Program-made: the position numbers and the translations under genes
Assembly (NCBI GenBank): GCA_965223265.1
Contig: OZ244999.1
Coordinates: forward strand, 1,440,001-1,504,000
DNA length: 64,000 nucleotides
Direction: 5' to 3'
Source of the DNA: Planctomycetota bacterium
Lineage (GTDB): Bacteria > Planctomycetota > UBA8108 > SXIK01
Shown here: positions 21,001 to 30,955 of the stretch, piece by piece
How positions within the stretch are numbered: position 1 is the first letter of the stretch
How the letters are laid out: each line of letters starts with the position of its first letter
Notes under the pieces: generated by a model
Database searches by the model: none
The model's input: the letters and a program-made list of their open reading frames with translations, nothing else
Told to the model about the DNA's origin: nothing

Positions 21001-23988
21001 GCGCGACGGGATCACACGCTCGACTCGGAACGCGACGACGCGCCAAGCCTCGAAGAAGAGCTCCTCGCGGGTTACGGGCAAAACCACCTCGATGCGATGC
21101 GGCGCAATATCCAGGTGAATGGCGGTACGGTCACAGTCAACGGATCGAAGCTGCCGCCGGAGGTTCGTGCGTTTGTTCGCGGGGTGCCGGTGCCGGTTGA
21201 TCGCACCGGGCGATTCGTTGCGCAGCAGATCTTCCCGAGTGGAACCCATGCCGTTGAAGTCGAGCTGCGTGGGAACGGCGGAGACGCCATCGTGCTGCGG
21301 CGGAACGTCTACGTCCCAGAAGATGACTGGTTCGTCGTCGCCATCGGCGACCTCACCGTCGGCGGCAGCGTCTCGAATGGCGACATCGAGGAGGTGACGC
21401 AGAATGAGGACTTCGACGACAGCGTCCGCGTCGACGGACGCGCTGCGTTCTATCTCAAGGGCAAGATCCGTGGGCGCTACCTCCTCACGGCGAGTCTCGA
21501 TACGTCAGAGGATGACATCGAAAACATTTTTCGCAACCTGAGCGATCGCGATCCACGTCAGCTCTTGCGGCGGCTCGACCCGGACCGATTCTATCCTGTC
21601 TACGGCGACGACAGTACGGTTACCGAAGACGCACCGACGCAAGGACGTTTCTACGTCAAGCTCGAAGCCGGTGACTCCTACGTTATGTGGGGGAATTACA
21701 TCACGGAGATCGTCGGCACAGATCTCGCGCAAGTGGACCGCGGGCTGTACGGCGCGCGGCTCCACTGGGTGAGCGAGAGTGCGACGGCGCATGGTGAGCG
21801 AAGAACGCGGGCCGACGGCTTTGTCGCCACTCCCGATTCGGTGCAGGTACGCGAAGAGCATCGCGGCACGGGTGGATCTCTCTATTACCTGCAGCATCAA
21901 GACATCACGCTCGGATCGGAACGCGTGCGCGTCGAGGTGCGTGACAAGGACTCGGGGTTAGTGCTGGCGACGAAGAACCTGATTCCGAATCAGGACTACG
22001 ACATCGATCCTTTGCAGGGGCGCGTCCTTCTGACTCGCCCGTTGCCGTCGAACGCCACCGACGGGCTTCTCGTCAGTACCTCGGGACTCTCGGGGCACCC
22101 AGTGATTCTTGTCGTGCGTTATGAATTCGTGCCAACAGCAGGAGACGTGGACGAACTCGCCATTGGTGGTCGCGCGTCGCATTGGGTCAACGACCACCTT
22201 GAGCTCGGCGTCACGGCGTCGCATCAACAACTGGAGGGATTCGATCAGGATCTTGCAGGTGCTGATGTCACGCTGCGTTTGACGCCGGAGAGCTATCTCA
22301 AGGCTGAGGTCGCCGTATCCGACGGTGCCGGCGCCGGGGAGATGGGGTCGATCGATGGTGGCTTCAGCTTTGGCGCCCTGGCACCCGGAATGCAGAACCG
22401 CGAGGCGCTCAGCTGGCGGGTCGAAGGTGCGAGTGATCTCCAGGACATCACAGCGTCGATGCGCGGTGCGACGACGTTCTACTTCGAGCGCCGACAAGCA
22501 GGTTTCTCGGCACCTGGCAAGCTCACGCCGAGCGATACGAACCAGTGGGGCGCGTCGCTTGAACTGCCGATTTCCGACGTCGCCAAGGTCGCGGCGAAGT
22601 ACGACGAGTTTGATCAGAAGTCCGGCGTGCACAAAAGGAACATCGACGGTAGTACCGAACTATCGCTCACTGAGCACGTCTACGCGAGAGCCGGAGCACG
22701 CCATGACTGGTTGGACGGCGGCGTCTCGCTCAGCGGATTTTCGATCCGCGGCGGATCGCGCACTGACGTCGCAGGTCGCCTTGGTTGGCGCAGTGAAGAG
22801 GACTGGGACGTCTATGCGTTCGGGCAGGTCACCGCGCACCGTACCGACCGCCGCAGCCCCAACAATCGCTACGGCGGCGGCGCGACCTTGCGACTCACCC
22901 GGCGACTCGAAGTCGGATCCGAAGTGTCCGGCGGCAACGGAGGCGTCGGCGGTCGCGTTTCCAGCGACTTTCAGTGGACGGACCGTACCAACGTCTACTT
23001 GGCGTATCAGCTCGACGCCGACCGCACCGATACTGGCTATGGCGGGCGCAACGGGACCATGACTACCGGCATGCGGATGCGCTACAGCGATGCGCTCAGC
23101 GTCTTTGGCGAAGAACGCGTGCACCACGGCGATGTGCAGGAGGGAATGGTGCACGCTTACGGTGTCGACTTGGCGCCTGCTGACCGATGGACCCTCGGCG
23201 TTACGTTCGAAAACGGCACGCTTCAAAGCCGCGATCTGTTCGGTGAATTTGAGCGCACTGCGGTGACAGGATCGATCGGCTATGACAGCGAGTCGCTCGG
23301 ACTCGGAACAGCCCTGCAGTGGCGCCGCGATCTCGGCGGTGGCGTTGAGCGGCAGCTTTGGCTCGTGCGCAACAACGCACGCGTGCAGCTGTCTGACGAT
23401 TGGCGCGCGCTGGTGAAGTTCAATTTTTCTACGAGCCACTCCAACCAAGGATCGTTCTTCAGCTCGGACTTCACGGAGGCTGTTTTGGGGCTGGCGTACC
23501 GGCCGGTGGCTAGCGACCGACTCAACGCTCTGTTCAAGTACACCTACTTTCGCAACGTCCCCTCTCCCGGTCAGATCGACGCATTTCGCCAGGCGCTCGA
23601 TTTTTCGCAGCGCAGTCACGTGCTCTCTGCGGACGCTACCTACGATCTCGTCGCGTGGCTTTCGGTCGGCGGCAAGTATGCGTTTCGCATCAGCGAGCTC
23701 CGCGCGTCGAAAACGAGCGGGCCGTGGTTCTCCAGCATGGCGCACCTCGTGGTCGGGCGGTTGGACTTTCACATCGTACGCAATTGGGACGCGATTCTCG
23801 AGGGCCGGGCACTCTGGGTCGACGAAGCGGAGGATCTTCGCGTCGGTGCGCTTGCGGGCATCTATCGGCACTTCGGCGATCATTTTAAGTTCGGCGTCGG
23901 CTACAACTTTGCTGACTTCTCCGATGATCTGACGGACCTCTCGTACGACCACCACGGCATCTTCGTCAACGTGATCGGCAAGTACTAG
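15040..23988 (+). CDS. Giant surface protein: DUF11 repeats, TSP3-like Ca-binding repeats, SdrD-B-like domains and C-terminal outer-membrane beta-barrel
   Basis: ATG at 15040 with AGGGAG RBS and signal peptide. PGDTIxYxIxxxNxG DUF11 repeats; DxDGDGxxDxLD repeats; GKVFDDRNGDG; YLKGKI..YPVYGDDS..Y(V)KLE; amphipathic strands ending IFVNVIGKY. Confidence 0.85.
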   Translation: MGRGFRGVLYTVTLILFSSPALDAFTITRNSASVVYLDTGKNLAGHYAAYQITNTGVARDDVWVGVDSFAGGVVTLATNEDGIIQLGAMASGETKTAFVYLVASGATTTAQTHVVSVYSSRPPGVALASQGFSLTSASTISANANKVSIVVADPDPGTLGSLLTIQVTGATGTIGAAKILSFNPASFPDWPADAYRLETTSIVFSGGNTGTFTDTLLIPSAGLSTSNTDYVATYTFRASRITTGDTPVSPVAYISSGTQVKHTSTGNFADLPPVQPATNVLTMSKSAAPSAFAAGGTATYTVTVTNSGALDSVVQDFSDTLPTSPASVTYQTGTSTFAGSAIGDPTQVGSTLTWVGAFSVPAGGTASLTYQVTIPSTIGTYTNSVVGHIGSEQIDASLDTTNSAPATTPITVGTDTDGDTIEDAVDLDDDNDGIPDATEGTGDSDGDGIADSLDLDSDDDGIVDLVEAGGVDADGDGQVDGFTDINGDGLDDTLASSPLPVPNSDGDAVADYLDVDSDGDGIVDNVESHTTAAYTAPLGSDTDGDGLDDAYDTDDGGTAIVLANTDGAGNPDHLDTDTDGDGVPDAIEGHDADMDGAADRTAAGADADGDGLDDNYDTVSGPGVGNETGSNADLQNSDGAGERDWRDTDDDEDGTPTSGEDGNSNGNFADDDADSDGTPDYLDATAGVEVNTIAVDENGGDLQPGDVITYTITVSKLGTSDATNALLQAAIPSNASYVSGSTTLNGASLSDVAGTSALVDGAAVNSPGDPSGTISGGDSAVLTFQVVVAADAIAGTLITAQAFLESEDAVSGPLPTEPSDDPSTNEDNDPTTLVVGSAPALVAIKTSVDDDGGSLEPGDTITYSIEIRNEGSSDASDVVFVDSVPNLTSYVSASIVVDSVSLTDADDSDVADFGISNANAVTVRVASISSGDNVNVTFRVTVNGAAADGAVVSNQGEISSSDASSISTDDNGDPSDGAAPTRMVVGAVPALRLTKQATDLNGGEVQPGDTIEYRIEIENFGAADAAGIVLTDPLSSPDFSYVAGSTTFDGQPQADVSGLSPLVGGLPIATLAAGSSGVVRLRVVVDGSLAAGATIDNQAAFTATGGLAGVSDSSLDDGSETGNDAGDANDDDVTRVQVGGAPGTGVISGTVFLDVDHDRTADSGEPQLTGWIVELVSASGQVLASVPSDADGAYQFLNVPPAPDYQIHFRHPETNAVFGAALAVSVDGGASSAEVDLPLDPSGVVYDAVTRDPVPGAIVRLEGPLGFDPSIHVLPGQQGQTTPSDGIYRFDLLPGFPAGEYQIVVEPPTGYLSAFPSSLIPPRTDALDPTGLSDPLLVVPSAAPPTEARLAAIAPSERSNHVTYYVRFDLSTGDPQVVNNHVPLDPALSTALVVTKTTPLVNVKRGDLVPYTIEVTNTVASPVVDVDLQDRLPPGFKYVRSSASLDGSPLEPAAVGRDLSWTGLSFAANQSRQLRLVLVVGAGVSEGKYVNLAWVLDGVTGLPLSNVGDVAVNLVPDPVFDFAEIIGKVFDDRNGDGQQDDGEPGIPGVRIASARGLLITTDEHGRYHLTAAQIPHELRGSNFILKLDPRSLPSGFRMTTENPRVVRLTRGKVTKANFGVSLSRVVSVELTREAFEPNEARLAERWTAQLRNLVKTLAGAPSVLRVAYRAAHGETRAEVERRLDDFAARVHRLWEAEGDLPTLSIEEKIVWVASTPAAQEARMTADATSARDEDSAATGVDSLRSKSDEGSSGLEGGRSGEGDASTDSEEDSRSVLAPPPSSIPPPLPDGAGEETSRAPQLDAVLEEPDEPRAAKLRGKQLDSSRVVRRSPALNTEDAAPRADGATTSATPFRVSVEGFGDEPASPGDKDREADRAFAESGVQMRYDSLVAERILNVTPWPDAGVIGQTVSFQAFSNYAHFIERGEVRIFRPGISPQGKPVAVLPLDATWKAEWIPQPIDDMEVNFVVRVYDEAGRYDETVPRRLPLARRDHTLDSERDDAPSLEEELLAGYGQNHLDAMRRNIQVNGGTVTVNGSKLPPEVRAFVRGVPVPVDRTGRFVAQQIFPSGTHAVEVELRGNGGDAIVLRRNVYVPEDDWFVVAIGDLTVGGSVSNGDIEEVTQNEDFDDSVRVDGRAAFYLKGKIRGRYLLTASLDTSEDDIENIFRNLSDRDPRQLLRRLDPDRFYPVYGDDSTVTEDAPTQGRFYVKLEAGDSYVMWGNYITEIVGTDLAQVDRGLYGARLHWVSESATAHGERRTRADGFVATPDSVQVREEHRGTGGSLYYLQHQDITLGSERVRVEVRDKDSGLVLATKNLIPNQDYDIDPLQGRVLLTRPLPSNATDGLLVSTSGLSGHPVILVVRYEFVPTAGDVDELAIGGRASHWVNDHLELGVTASHQQLEGFDQDLAGADVTLRLTPESYLKAEVAVSDGAGAGEMGSIDGGFSFGALAPGMQNREALSWRVEGASDLQDITASMRGATTFYFERRQAGFSAPGKLTPSDTNQWGASLELPISDVAKVAAKYDEFDQKSGVHKRNIDGSTELSLTEHVYARAGARHDWLDGGVSLSGFSIRGGSRTDVAGRLGWRSEEDWDVYAFGQVTAHRTDRRSPNNRYGGGATLRLTRRLEVGSEVSGGNGGVGGRVSSDFQWTDRTNVYLAYQLDADRTDTGYGGRNGTMTTGMRMRYSDALSVFGEERVHHGDVQEGMVHAYGVDLAPADRWTLGVTFENGTLQSRDLFGEFERTAVTGSIGYDSESLGLGTALQWRRDLGGGVERQLWLVRNNARVQLSDDWRALVKFNFSTSHSNQGSFFSSDFTEAVLGLAYRPVASDRLNALFKYTYFRNVPSPGQIDAFRQALDFSQRSHVLSADATYDLVAWLSVGGKYAFRISELRASKTSGPWFSSMAHLVVGRLDFHIVRNWDAILEGRALWVDEAEDLRVGALAGIYRHFGDHFKFGVGYNFADFSDDLTDLSYDHHGIFVNVIGKY
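16279..17090 (+). repeat. Coding Asp-rich DxDGDG (thrombospondin type-3-like) repeat region
   Basis: Repeated gacaccgacggcgac / gacagcgacggc units encoding DTDGDG and DSDGDG. Confidence 0.75.
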
Positions 23989-24084
23989 AGGCTATCCCGG
24001 AAAGCCTCGCGCCGCCTCGATGTGAGCGAATACCGGCTCGACGACGACCTTGCGCAGTCGATGGACAGATCCACGTCCTACGGT

Positions 24085-24531
24085 CCGCAATTGGCAATCG
24101 AAGGAAAGAGGATTACCACAGAGGACACAGAGCTCACAGAGAAGAGCCTGGCGGATACGACATGGAATCAGACGCTGCTACGTCGTTCGACGTCGAGATC
24201 AAAGCAGTCAACTATATCGATCGAATTCGGCGCAACTCCTGACGTAGATAAAACTGGGTCGCCGGACGCTGGGGCTGCTTAGTGAATTTGACGTCGGACT
24301 TCTCAAGGACGGAGTCAGAAGGAGAATGCTCTCGGTCTTCTTCTCTGTGATCCCTGTGTCCTTCCTCTGTGGTGTCCCTCTTCTCAGCGAGATCGGGACC
24401 GCCAAGCTCTCGGCACAGCTCGTGACGTACATGAAGCTGGGCCGTCATGGCGATGGCCGCGCCGCAATGGCAATCGAAGGAGAGAGGATTACCACGGAGG
24501 ACACAGAGCTCACAGAGAAGAGCCCGGCGGA
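24085..24531. repeat. GxxExxY-associated ACCACAGAG(G)ACACAGAG-type repeats: two ~70-bp direct copies plus one inverted arm
   Basis: Direct copies at 24085-24155 and 24462-24531 (3 substitutions and 1 indel); inverted arm ttctctgtgatccctgtgtccttcctctgtggtg at 24341-24374. Confidence 0.85.
24192..24334 (+). pseudogene. GxxExxY (PD-(D/E)XK nuclease) C-terminal remnant
   Basis: VEIKAVNYIDRI, frameshift, SAQLLT*IKLGRRTLGLLSEFDVGLLKDGVRR. Resembles the family pattern VELKAV..H.AQLLTYLKL...GLL.NF.V..LKDG..R. A second fragment SAQLVTYMKLG lies at ~24410-24445. Confidence 0.75.
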
Positions 24532-24666
24532 AAGGTCGCGCTGGGCGTGCCGTTGACCGGTGTTGAAACGCTGGCACAACGAAGCCTCGGAAGATTATAG
24601 TTGGGCGTGGAATATGCCCGTGGGGGCGCCCGAACCCCGGTTGTCTGCTCTCGAGCTTGAGAATTC

Positions 24667-27600
24667 ATGCTGATGGCTTCATTCACCTGTGGCGGCTGCC
24701 GTCGCGAACAGACGGCGAACGCGCGTCGACGCTGTGCTCCTCGTGTCGGAGTCGCCACCGCGGCGACCATGGCGTTATTGATCGCTTTTCTTCACAGCGC
24801 CGAGGACCACAGCGTGCCGGACGATGCGGTCTTGTCGTCCTCTGACACCGCGCGCGCTGCTGCAATCCGCGAACGCTTCGACGCCGACGTTCAGCCGTTT
24901 TTGAAAAAGTACTGCCTACGTTGCCACAACGCCGAGGAGATGAACTCCGGCATTCGCGTCGATCAGCTCGATGGTGCTCTTGAGGATCGACGTCTCGCTC
25001 TCTGGAAAGGCATCCGCGAGCAGGTGACTGACGAGATGATGCCGCCCGACGACGAGCTGCAGCCGAGTGCTGAGGAGCGCCGGTTGCTCGCCGCGTGGAT
25101 CGACGATGGGCTTGCCATGGCGCTGGCGCGCGAGCGCGAGAAAAACGGCTCGGTCCGCCGCCTCACGGTGCCGCAGTACCGTAACACGCTGCGCGATCTC
25201 CTACGGCTTGACGAGAACCTCACCGACGTGCTGCCACCCGACAGCGTCAGCAAGGACGGTTTTCTCAACAACGGCGACGCTTTGCTGCTGCCGCCGCTCT
25301 TGGCGGAGTCTTATCTCGACATCGCCTCGACGGCGCTCGACCTTTGCATCGTCGATGAAATCGACCAGCCGGTGATTCAAAACTTCAGAGTCGACCTTGG
25401 AGACGGGATCAACCCTGAGCCCTGCCCCGACAAACTGATCCTCGGTGCACTCAGCCGTCTCTTGGAGAACGACGACTTCGTCGTCACCGAACTGCAACCG
25501 ACGAAGCCCTTCGAGTACACGCCACTCAAGATGCAAACCAAGTACCGGTTCATCGAGGGCTACGAGGGCAACGCAACGGTCCGTGGCTGGCGCGAGTATG
25601 ACAGCATCTATCACGCCGTGTTTGCGTGCGTACGCGGCACGGATGGGTACCCCAAAGGCCTGGCGCACGAAGCCATTCCGGCAGGACTTCTGCTGCGGCC
25701 TGCGACACCGACCTCGGAGGTGTTCGGGCAAGAGAGTACTTACGGACCGCGCGCGAACTTCAAGATTTCGCTGCGTGAGCTTCCGGAGCATGGTCGATTC
25801 AGGGTGACGGTGCGTGCCGCCAAGTACGACGACGGCTTGCTGCTCGAGTCCGACGTGGAGCCTCGAGGTGAAAGCGCTGCCGCGCTCGAGCTCCACGAAC
25901 CGGCAGAGTCGGAGTCGATCGATGTCGGCGACGCGGGGGTTTACCAGATCGACGTCTATTTGAAGCAGAGAGCCCAGGAAGTGGTGGCGCCCAATGTCGA
26001 CAACCTAGCGGAGAAGCTGCTCGGGGTCTGGGAGCTCGACGGCGATGTGGGGGAAGGATCTGGACGCATCGGAAGCCGCGGGGAAGTCGTCGGCGAGGCG
26101 GAGTTTGTCGACTCCCCTTTTGGACAAGCAGTGTCCCTTGGAAAGCGTGACGATGCCGTCGTCGTGCCGCGCGATCCGGCCATGAGTGTCGCCGGCGACC
26201 CGTTCACCGTCGCCTGCTGGATGCATCCCCGCGATCTGCGGCAGTCGGGACTCATCTCCTTTGGCGGCCATGTCTACACGCACGGCTGGCTTTTCGAGTT
26301 AGCGGACGGCCATGGCGCGATCCGAGTAAGAGCGGTAGACGCTGACGGCATGGTGAGCGGTGAAGTGACGTCACGCCGAGGTGTGATCCGATCCGGCCAG
26401 TGGCAACACGTCGCTGCGGTCGTCGGGCGCGGCGACGATGCGGCCGTGCTTTATGTCAACGGCTACGAGGTCGGACGCGGCACGGTCAAAGCAGCTGACC
26501 TCGACAACACCGAGGCGGCGATGCAAATCGGGAGGATTCCCGGCTCGGCACCCTTCATGGGAGAGATCGATTCCGTGCATCTCTATGGCCGTGCCCTCGA
26601 GCGCGCGGAGGTTCAAGCGCTCGTCGAGGTTGGCGGCGAGTTAGCGCAGGAGTTGCCTCCCGAGAAGCCGAAGGAGCTGCTCCTGCAGCTGGGCGACCGT
26701 CACTTTTCCGGCGTGCTCGATCGAACCGCCTTTCTCGCGGTGCGGCTGCACGCCGGCACTCTGAGCGTCAGGGCGCGCTACATGGGCCAATCCGCTTTCG
26801 TCGAGCGAATTGTCCTCACACCGCTGGGAGAGTCCGACCCGATCGCCCTCTTGTTCGAAGACTTCGAGAGACGTCGGCCACGTCTCGGTGTCCACGTCGG
26901 CCTGCGACGCGATTGCGGCAGCACGCTCAACCCAGTCGGCGCACCGCAGACTGTCGCGTCGACAGAGTTGACGTCGTATGTCTTCGACGGTGCGATCAGC
27001 AACTTCCCGAGTCCTGACGTCGAAAAAGACAACGTCAACTATCTAGCCGGTATCCGTGAGATCGGCGTGCGGAGTGAATACACTGACGGGCGTGACATGC
27101 CGCGCCTCCTCATCCGATCGGTCGAGTTCGAGGGCCCTCTTTACGAGACGTGGCCGCCGGAGACGCACCGCAGCATCTTCATCGAGACCGACTCTGAGAG
27201 CGCCGTCAACTCCGCCGCGTATGCCCGCGACGTCATTCGCTCGTTTGCGACCCGCGCGTTTCGGCGACCGCTCAGCGACGCTGAGTTGGCCTCGCTCTTC
27301 GCTGTATGGCAGGAATCTCTTGGAGAGGCGAACCCCTCTGATCGGTCCACCCAGGCATTTCGCCAGGCAGTCAAGGATGCCCTCACGGTTGTTTTGACGT
27401 CGCCGCAGTTTCTCTTTCTCATCGAAGAGAGCTCGACGCCGCAATCTGAACCAATCGGAGACTATGAGCTCGCATCAAAGCTCTCCTACTTTCTTTGGAA
27501 TGCGGCGCCGGATGCTCCGCTCTTGGCGCTTGCGGCGGCTGGCGAGCTGCGCCAATCGCTCGACGAACAAGTCGAACGAATGCTCAGTGACCCACGTGCT

Positions 27601-28449
27601 CATCAGTTCGCGAGCGAGTTCGCTTCGCAGTGGCTCAGCCTCGACAAGCTCGACGTGGTCGAAGTCGACCGTAAGCGCTTTCCGAAGCTCACGCCTTACA
27701 CGAAGGCAGCGCTGCGCGACGAACCGGTGCACTTCCTTCTGCATCTGCTGCGGCACAACCTGCCGCTGAAGAATCTGATTCATTCAGACTTCATCGTCGC
27801 CAACGAAATCGTCGCCAGTTACTACGGGCTTGCCGACCGCACCGAGAGCGGGTTCAACTTCGTGCCACTCACGCATGAAACCGCGCACCTCGGCGGCGTG
27901 CTTGCTCAGGCTGGCATTCTCGCAGGCCTCTCGAATGGCCGCGAGTCCAACCCCGTCAAACGGGGCGCCTGGCTGGCGCGCAAAATCATCGCCGAGCCAC
28001 CGGACGATCCGCCACCGAACGTGCCGGCGCTGCCCGAGGATGAAGGGGAAGAGCTGACGCTGCGTGAGAAACTCGAACGCCATCGCGACCAAAAGGGCTG
28101 CGCCAACTGCCACGCTGGGATTGATCCGTGGGGACTGCCGTTCGAGCAGTTCGACGCTGGTGGTCTTCTCCGTAGTGATGCAGCCGCGGTGGATGCGCGC
28201 TCGGTTTTACCGGACGAGACCGAGGTCGCCGGCGTCGACGAGCTCAAGGCCTACCTGACGAGCGATGGTATGGATCAGGTTGCTTTTAGCTTTCTCAAGC
28301 ACGTCGCCACGTACGCCACCGGCCGGACTCTCAGCTACAATGAGATTGAACTTCTGAAGCAGAAAGGGTTAGAGTTGAAGCCTGACGACTACCGAGTCCA
28401 GGACATGATGCGATTCGTCGTCAACAGCGAGCTCTTTCTTGAAAAGTAA
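24667..28449 (+). CDS. Planctomycete cytochrome c / DUF1587-DUF1595-DUF1592-DUF1588-DUF1585 protein with inserted LamG domain
   Basis: [79 protein letters not shown]. Start codon uncertain. Confidence 0.9.
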   Translation: MLMASFTCGGCRREQTANARRRCAPRVGVATAATMALLIAFLHSAEDHSVPDDAVLSSSDTARAAAIRERFDADVQPFLKKYCLRCHNAEEMNSGIRVDQLDGALEDRRLALWKGIREQVTDEMMPPDDELQPSAEERRLLAAWIDDGLAMALAREREKNGSVRRLTVPQYRNTLRDLLRLDENLTDVLPPDSVSKDGFLNNGDALLLPPLLAESYLDIASTALDLCIVDEIDQPVIQNFRVDLGDGINPEPCPDKLILGALSRLLENDDFVVTELQPTKPFEYTPLKMQTKYRFIEGYEGNATVRGWREYDSIYHAVFACVRGTDGYPKGLAHEAIPAGLLLRPATPTSEVFGQESTYGPRANFKISLRELPEHGRFRVTVRAAKYDDGLLLESDVEPRGESAAALELHEPAESESIDVGDAGVYQIDVYLKQRAQEVVAPNVDNLAEKLLGVWELDGDVGEGSGRIGSRGEVVGEAEFVDSPFGQAVSLGKRDDAVVVPRDPAMSVAGDPFTVACWMHPRDLRQSGLISFGGHVYTHGWLFELADGHGAIRVRAVDADGMVSGEVTSRRGVIRSGQWQHVAAVVGRGDDAAVLYVNGYEVGRGTVKAADLDNTEAAMQIGRIPGSAPFMGEIDSVHLYGRALERAEVQALVEVGGELAQELPPEKPKELLLQLGDRHFSGVLDRTAFLAVRLHAGTLSVRARYMGQSAFVERIVLTPLGESDPIALLFEDFERRRPRLGVHVGLRRDCGSTLNPVGAPQTVASTELTSYVFDGAISNFPSPDVEKDNVNYLAGIREIGVRSEYTDGRDMPRLLIRSVEFEGPLYETWPPETHRSIFIETDSESAVNSAAYARDVIRSFATRAFRRPLSDAELASLFAVWQESLGEANPSDRSTQAFRQAVKDALTVVLTSPQFLFLIEESSTPQSEPIGDYELASKLSYFLWNAAPDAPLLALAAAGELRQSLDEQVERMLSDPRAHQFASEFASQWLSLDKLDVVEVDRKRFPKLTPYTKAALRDEPVHFLLHLLRHNLPLKNLIHSDFIVANEIVASYYGLADRTESGFNFVPLTHETAHLGGVLAQAGILAGLSNGRESNPVKRGAWLARKIIAEPPDDPPPNVPALPEDEGEELTLREKLERHRDQKGCANCHAGIDPWGLPFEQFDAGGLLRSDAAAVDARSVLPDETEVAGVDELKAYLTSDGMDQVAFSFLKHVATYATGRTLSYNEIELLKQKGLELKPDDYRVQDMMRFVVNSELFLEK

Positions 28450-28469
28450 CCCTTCTTGAAAAGTAACCC
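28436..28469. repeat. Perfect 17-bp tandem duplication spanning a stop codon
   Basis: ttcttgaaaagtaaccc x2. Confidence 0.9.
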
Positions 28470-28563
28470 GGAGACGCAGTCAGCGGCCTGCGCCGACTCC
28501 AATGTGACCGCGTCACCAAGGGAATGAGCGTTCGACAACCACGAACTCTGTGAGAAACCGAGT

Positions 28564-29904
28564 ATGGTCACGCCCCTCAAGCTTCATCGTCGTGCAGTTC
28601 TGAAAGGCTTCGCAGGTGCCACGCTGGCGCTGCCGGTTCTTGAGGCGATGGGGAAAGAGGTCGTCGAGACGCCGCCGCGGCGCTTCTGTGCGATCTATAC
28701 AGCGAACGGAATGTCGCTGCCGCGGGAGGAACATGGGATCGACGAGTGGAGCTGGTTTCCGCGGGCAGAGGAAAACGGCAAGTTCGTCTTCGGCAAGTCG
28801 ACCGCGCCATTGGCCCCATTCCGGGACCAGTTGAGTTTTCTCGGCGGCTTGTACCACGAAAACGGCCTTAAGGCTGACCCACACGTGTGCTCAGACATGT
28901 GGCTGACCGGGGCGCCGCTGCACAACCCACGCCCAGGAACTTACAACACGGCCGCCCTTGATCAAGTGGTCGCGCAGCACACCAAGCAGTTTTGTCGTCA
29001 ACCGTCGCTCGTCTTGTCGATCGACGCGGGGACTGGTTTTTTGTCGCGCACCGGGACGATCTCCTACAGCCTCGAAGGCAAACCGATTCCGGCCGAGAAT
29101 AGTCCACGGCGGATTTTCGATCGCCTGTTTCGCGAAGACAGGGCATCCCTCGAGGCACAGCGAGCGAATGTGAAACGACGGATCAAGCTGGTTGATGCAG
29201 TGCTTGAGAATGCGCGCCTCTTGAACAAGAAACTTGTGCGCTCTGATCGCGACAAGATGGATGAGTACCTGACGTCCCTGAATGAGATCGAGTCGCGCTT
29301 GATCGCCTCAGAGAAGTGGATCGACGTGCCGCTCAAGAAGCAGGAGCACTCGCATCTGAACCTCGATGTGACATCAGAGGACGATCCACACGAGTACTAC
29401 CGCAACATGTTCGACCTGATCGCCTTGGCGTTCGACGCCGACATCACGCGCAGCATCGCGTTCATGCTCAACCGCGAGGACGGCATGGGGATCAGCGACA
29501 CCTTCCCGCTCAAGCTCGGTCTCAGTCGAGCCCATCACAGCCTGTCGCATGCCGGCGACAAGGAAGGTCAGCTGGATTTCGCCAAGTACGACCTGTTCCT
29601 CAGCCAGCAGCTGGCGTACTTCTTCGAGCGGATGCAGGGCTACAAGGACAAGAGTGGTAGCGTGCTCGACAACACGATCGTGCTCTACGGTAGCGGAGCC
29701 AGCACAACGCACCTGCCGAAGAACCTGCCGACGCTCGTCGCTGGCGGTGCCAACATGGGGTTAAAGCATGGCACCTACTGGCGCGGTCGTGACACTCGCA
29801 TGGCGAACGTTTTTCTGAGCATTCTGCGCACGATGGACATCGAGACGCCGTCATTCGCTGACAGTACGGGCGTTGTCGACGGTTCGATCTTTTCGCGCGT
29901 GTAG
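28564..29904 (+). CDS. DUF1552 (HXXSHH) family protein
   Basis: [17 protein letters not shown] leader, HHSLSH motif, [13 protein letters not shown]; usual partner downstream of DUF1592 genes. Confidence 0.9.
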   Translation: MVTPLKLHRRAVLKGFAGATLALPVLEAMGKEVVETPPRRFCAIYTANGMSLPREEHGIDEWSWFPRAEENGKFVFGKSTAPLAPFRDQLSFLGGLYHENGLKADPHVCSDMWLTGAPLHNPRPGTYNTAALDQVVAQHTKQFCRQPSLVLSIDAGTGFLSRTGTISYSLEGKPIPAENSPRRIFDRLFREDRASLEAQRANVKRRIKLVDAVLENARLLNKKLVRSDRDKMDEYLTSLNEIESRLIASEKWIDVPLKKQEHSHLNLDVTSEDDPHEYYRNMFDLIALAFDADITRSIAFMLNREDGMGISDTFPLKLGLSRAHHSLSHAGDKEGQLDFAKYDLFLSQQLAYFFERMQGYKDKSGSVLDNTIVLYGSGASTTHLPKNLPTLVAGGANMGLKHGTYWRGRDTRMANVFLSILRTMDIETPSFADSTGVVDGSIFSRV

Positions 29905-29959
29905 CTCGCGCCGATCTGGATCTTGGAGACGATATGCCCTCTCGTGGGCGTCGTCGAAT

Positions 29960-30955
29960 TCACGCCACGAACCATGCATCGCCGCCAGCTGTGTAGCCTC
30001 CTGACTCGAGCTGCGGCCGGATCACGTCTCGGGCGCCTTCGGCACCGACAGCCACCAGGATCGGCGTGCCGTCGGCTGGAGGCAGATCGCGTGGATGCGC
30101 CGTCTCGACGCCGTGGATCTTGACGCCAACTTTGCGTTCGTCGATGTCGTAACCATGCCGTACATGGATGCCACGCTCCTGGAGCCAGCGGAGCCATGGT
30201 TTTCCAGTATTCCCCAGGCCCCACAGGTCGACCTCGTCGACGTCTTTGAGCGGGCCACGCAATAAGTGTTCGCGGCGGCAACGCTCGAAGCCTTCCGGTG
30301 AATATCGTCCGTCGCGGCGTGTCAGTCGATTTTCACTGTCATGCCAATCGAACAAAACGTGCTGCACCTTGCCGAATCGTTGCTGGCGCTGCGCCGCACG
30401 CAGCATGAGATCATAGTCCTCGGGAAAGTCTCCGTTGCGGTAGCCGAGCTCGAAGAAGTGCCGCTTTGCCAGGATCGTCGGGTTGACGAGCGGGTACTCA
30501 ACGAAGCGTAGCGCCAGGATGTCGACTGCGTTCGCAGTCTCGTCGTTGATCCACGCCTCGTAGCGCTGCAGCGATGGAACCGCTGAGCCGCAGGCGTCGA
30601 GGATGCGGACGCAGCAACCGACGGCGTCGAAATCGCCGTCGCAGAGAAAACGCAGTTGGGTCTCGAGTCGTTCGGGGTGGGAGACATCGTCGGCGTCCAT
30701 GCGCGCGATGTAGGAAGCCGTGGCAACTGCGGTGGCTGTGTTGGCGGCCGCTGTCACACCACGATGGGGCTGCTCGATCACGCGAAGGCGCGGATCTTTG
30801 AAGCTGCGAAGTCTCAGAAGAGTGTCGTCGGTCGAACCATCGTCGACGACGATCAGCTCCAAATCCGTGAAGCTCTGATCAAGAATCGACCGTACGGCGC
30901 GCTCGACGGTGGCGCCGCCATTGAAGACCGGCAGTACGACAGAGACTTTAGTCAT
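29960..30955 (-). CDS. Glycosyltransferase family 2
   Basis: VSVVLPVFNG..VVDDGSTD..IARMDADD..FPEDYDL. Confidence 0.92.
   Translation of the reverse strand: MTKVSVVLPVFNGGATVERAVRSILDQSFTDLELIVVDDGSTDDTLLRLRSFKDPRLRVIEQPHRGVTAAANTATAVATASYIARMDADDVSHPERLETQLRFLCDGDFDAVGCCVRILDACGSAVPSLQRYEAWINDETANAVDILALRFVEYPLVNPTILAKRHFFELGYRNGDFPEDYDLMLRAAQRQQRFGKVQHVLFDWHDSENRLTRRDGRYSPEGFERCRREHLLRGPLKDVDEVDLWGLGNTGKPWLRWLQERGIHVRHGYDIDERKVGVKIHGVETAHPRDLPPADGTPILVAVGAEGARDVIRPQLESGGYTAGGDAWFVA

Noticed and set aside
22660-23955. 431-aa minus-strand ORF and many similar antisense ORFs
   Set aside because: High-GC shadow frames opposite well-supported genes.
24085-24531. Possible CRISPR array
   Set aside because: Only two ~70-bp direct copies ~300 bp apart, no regular spacers and no cas genes; explained by GxxExxY-type repeats.
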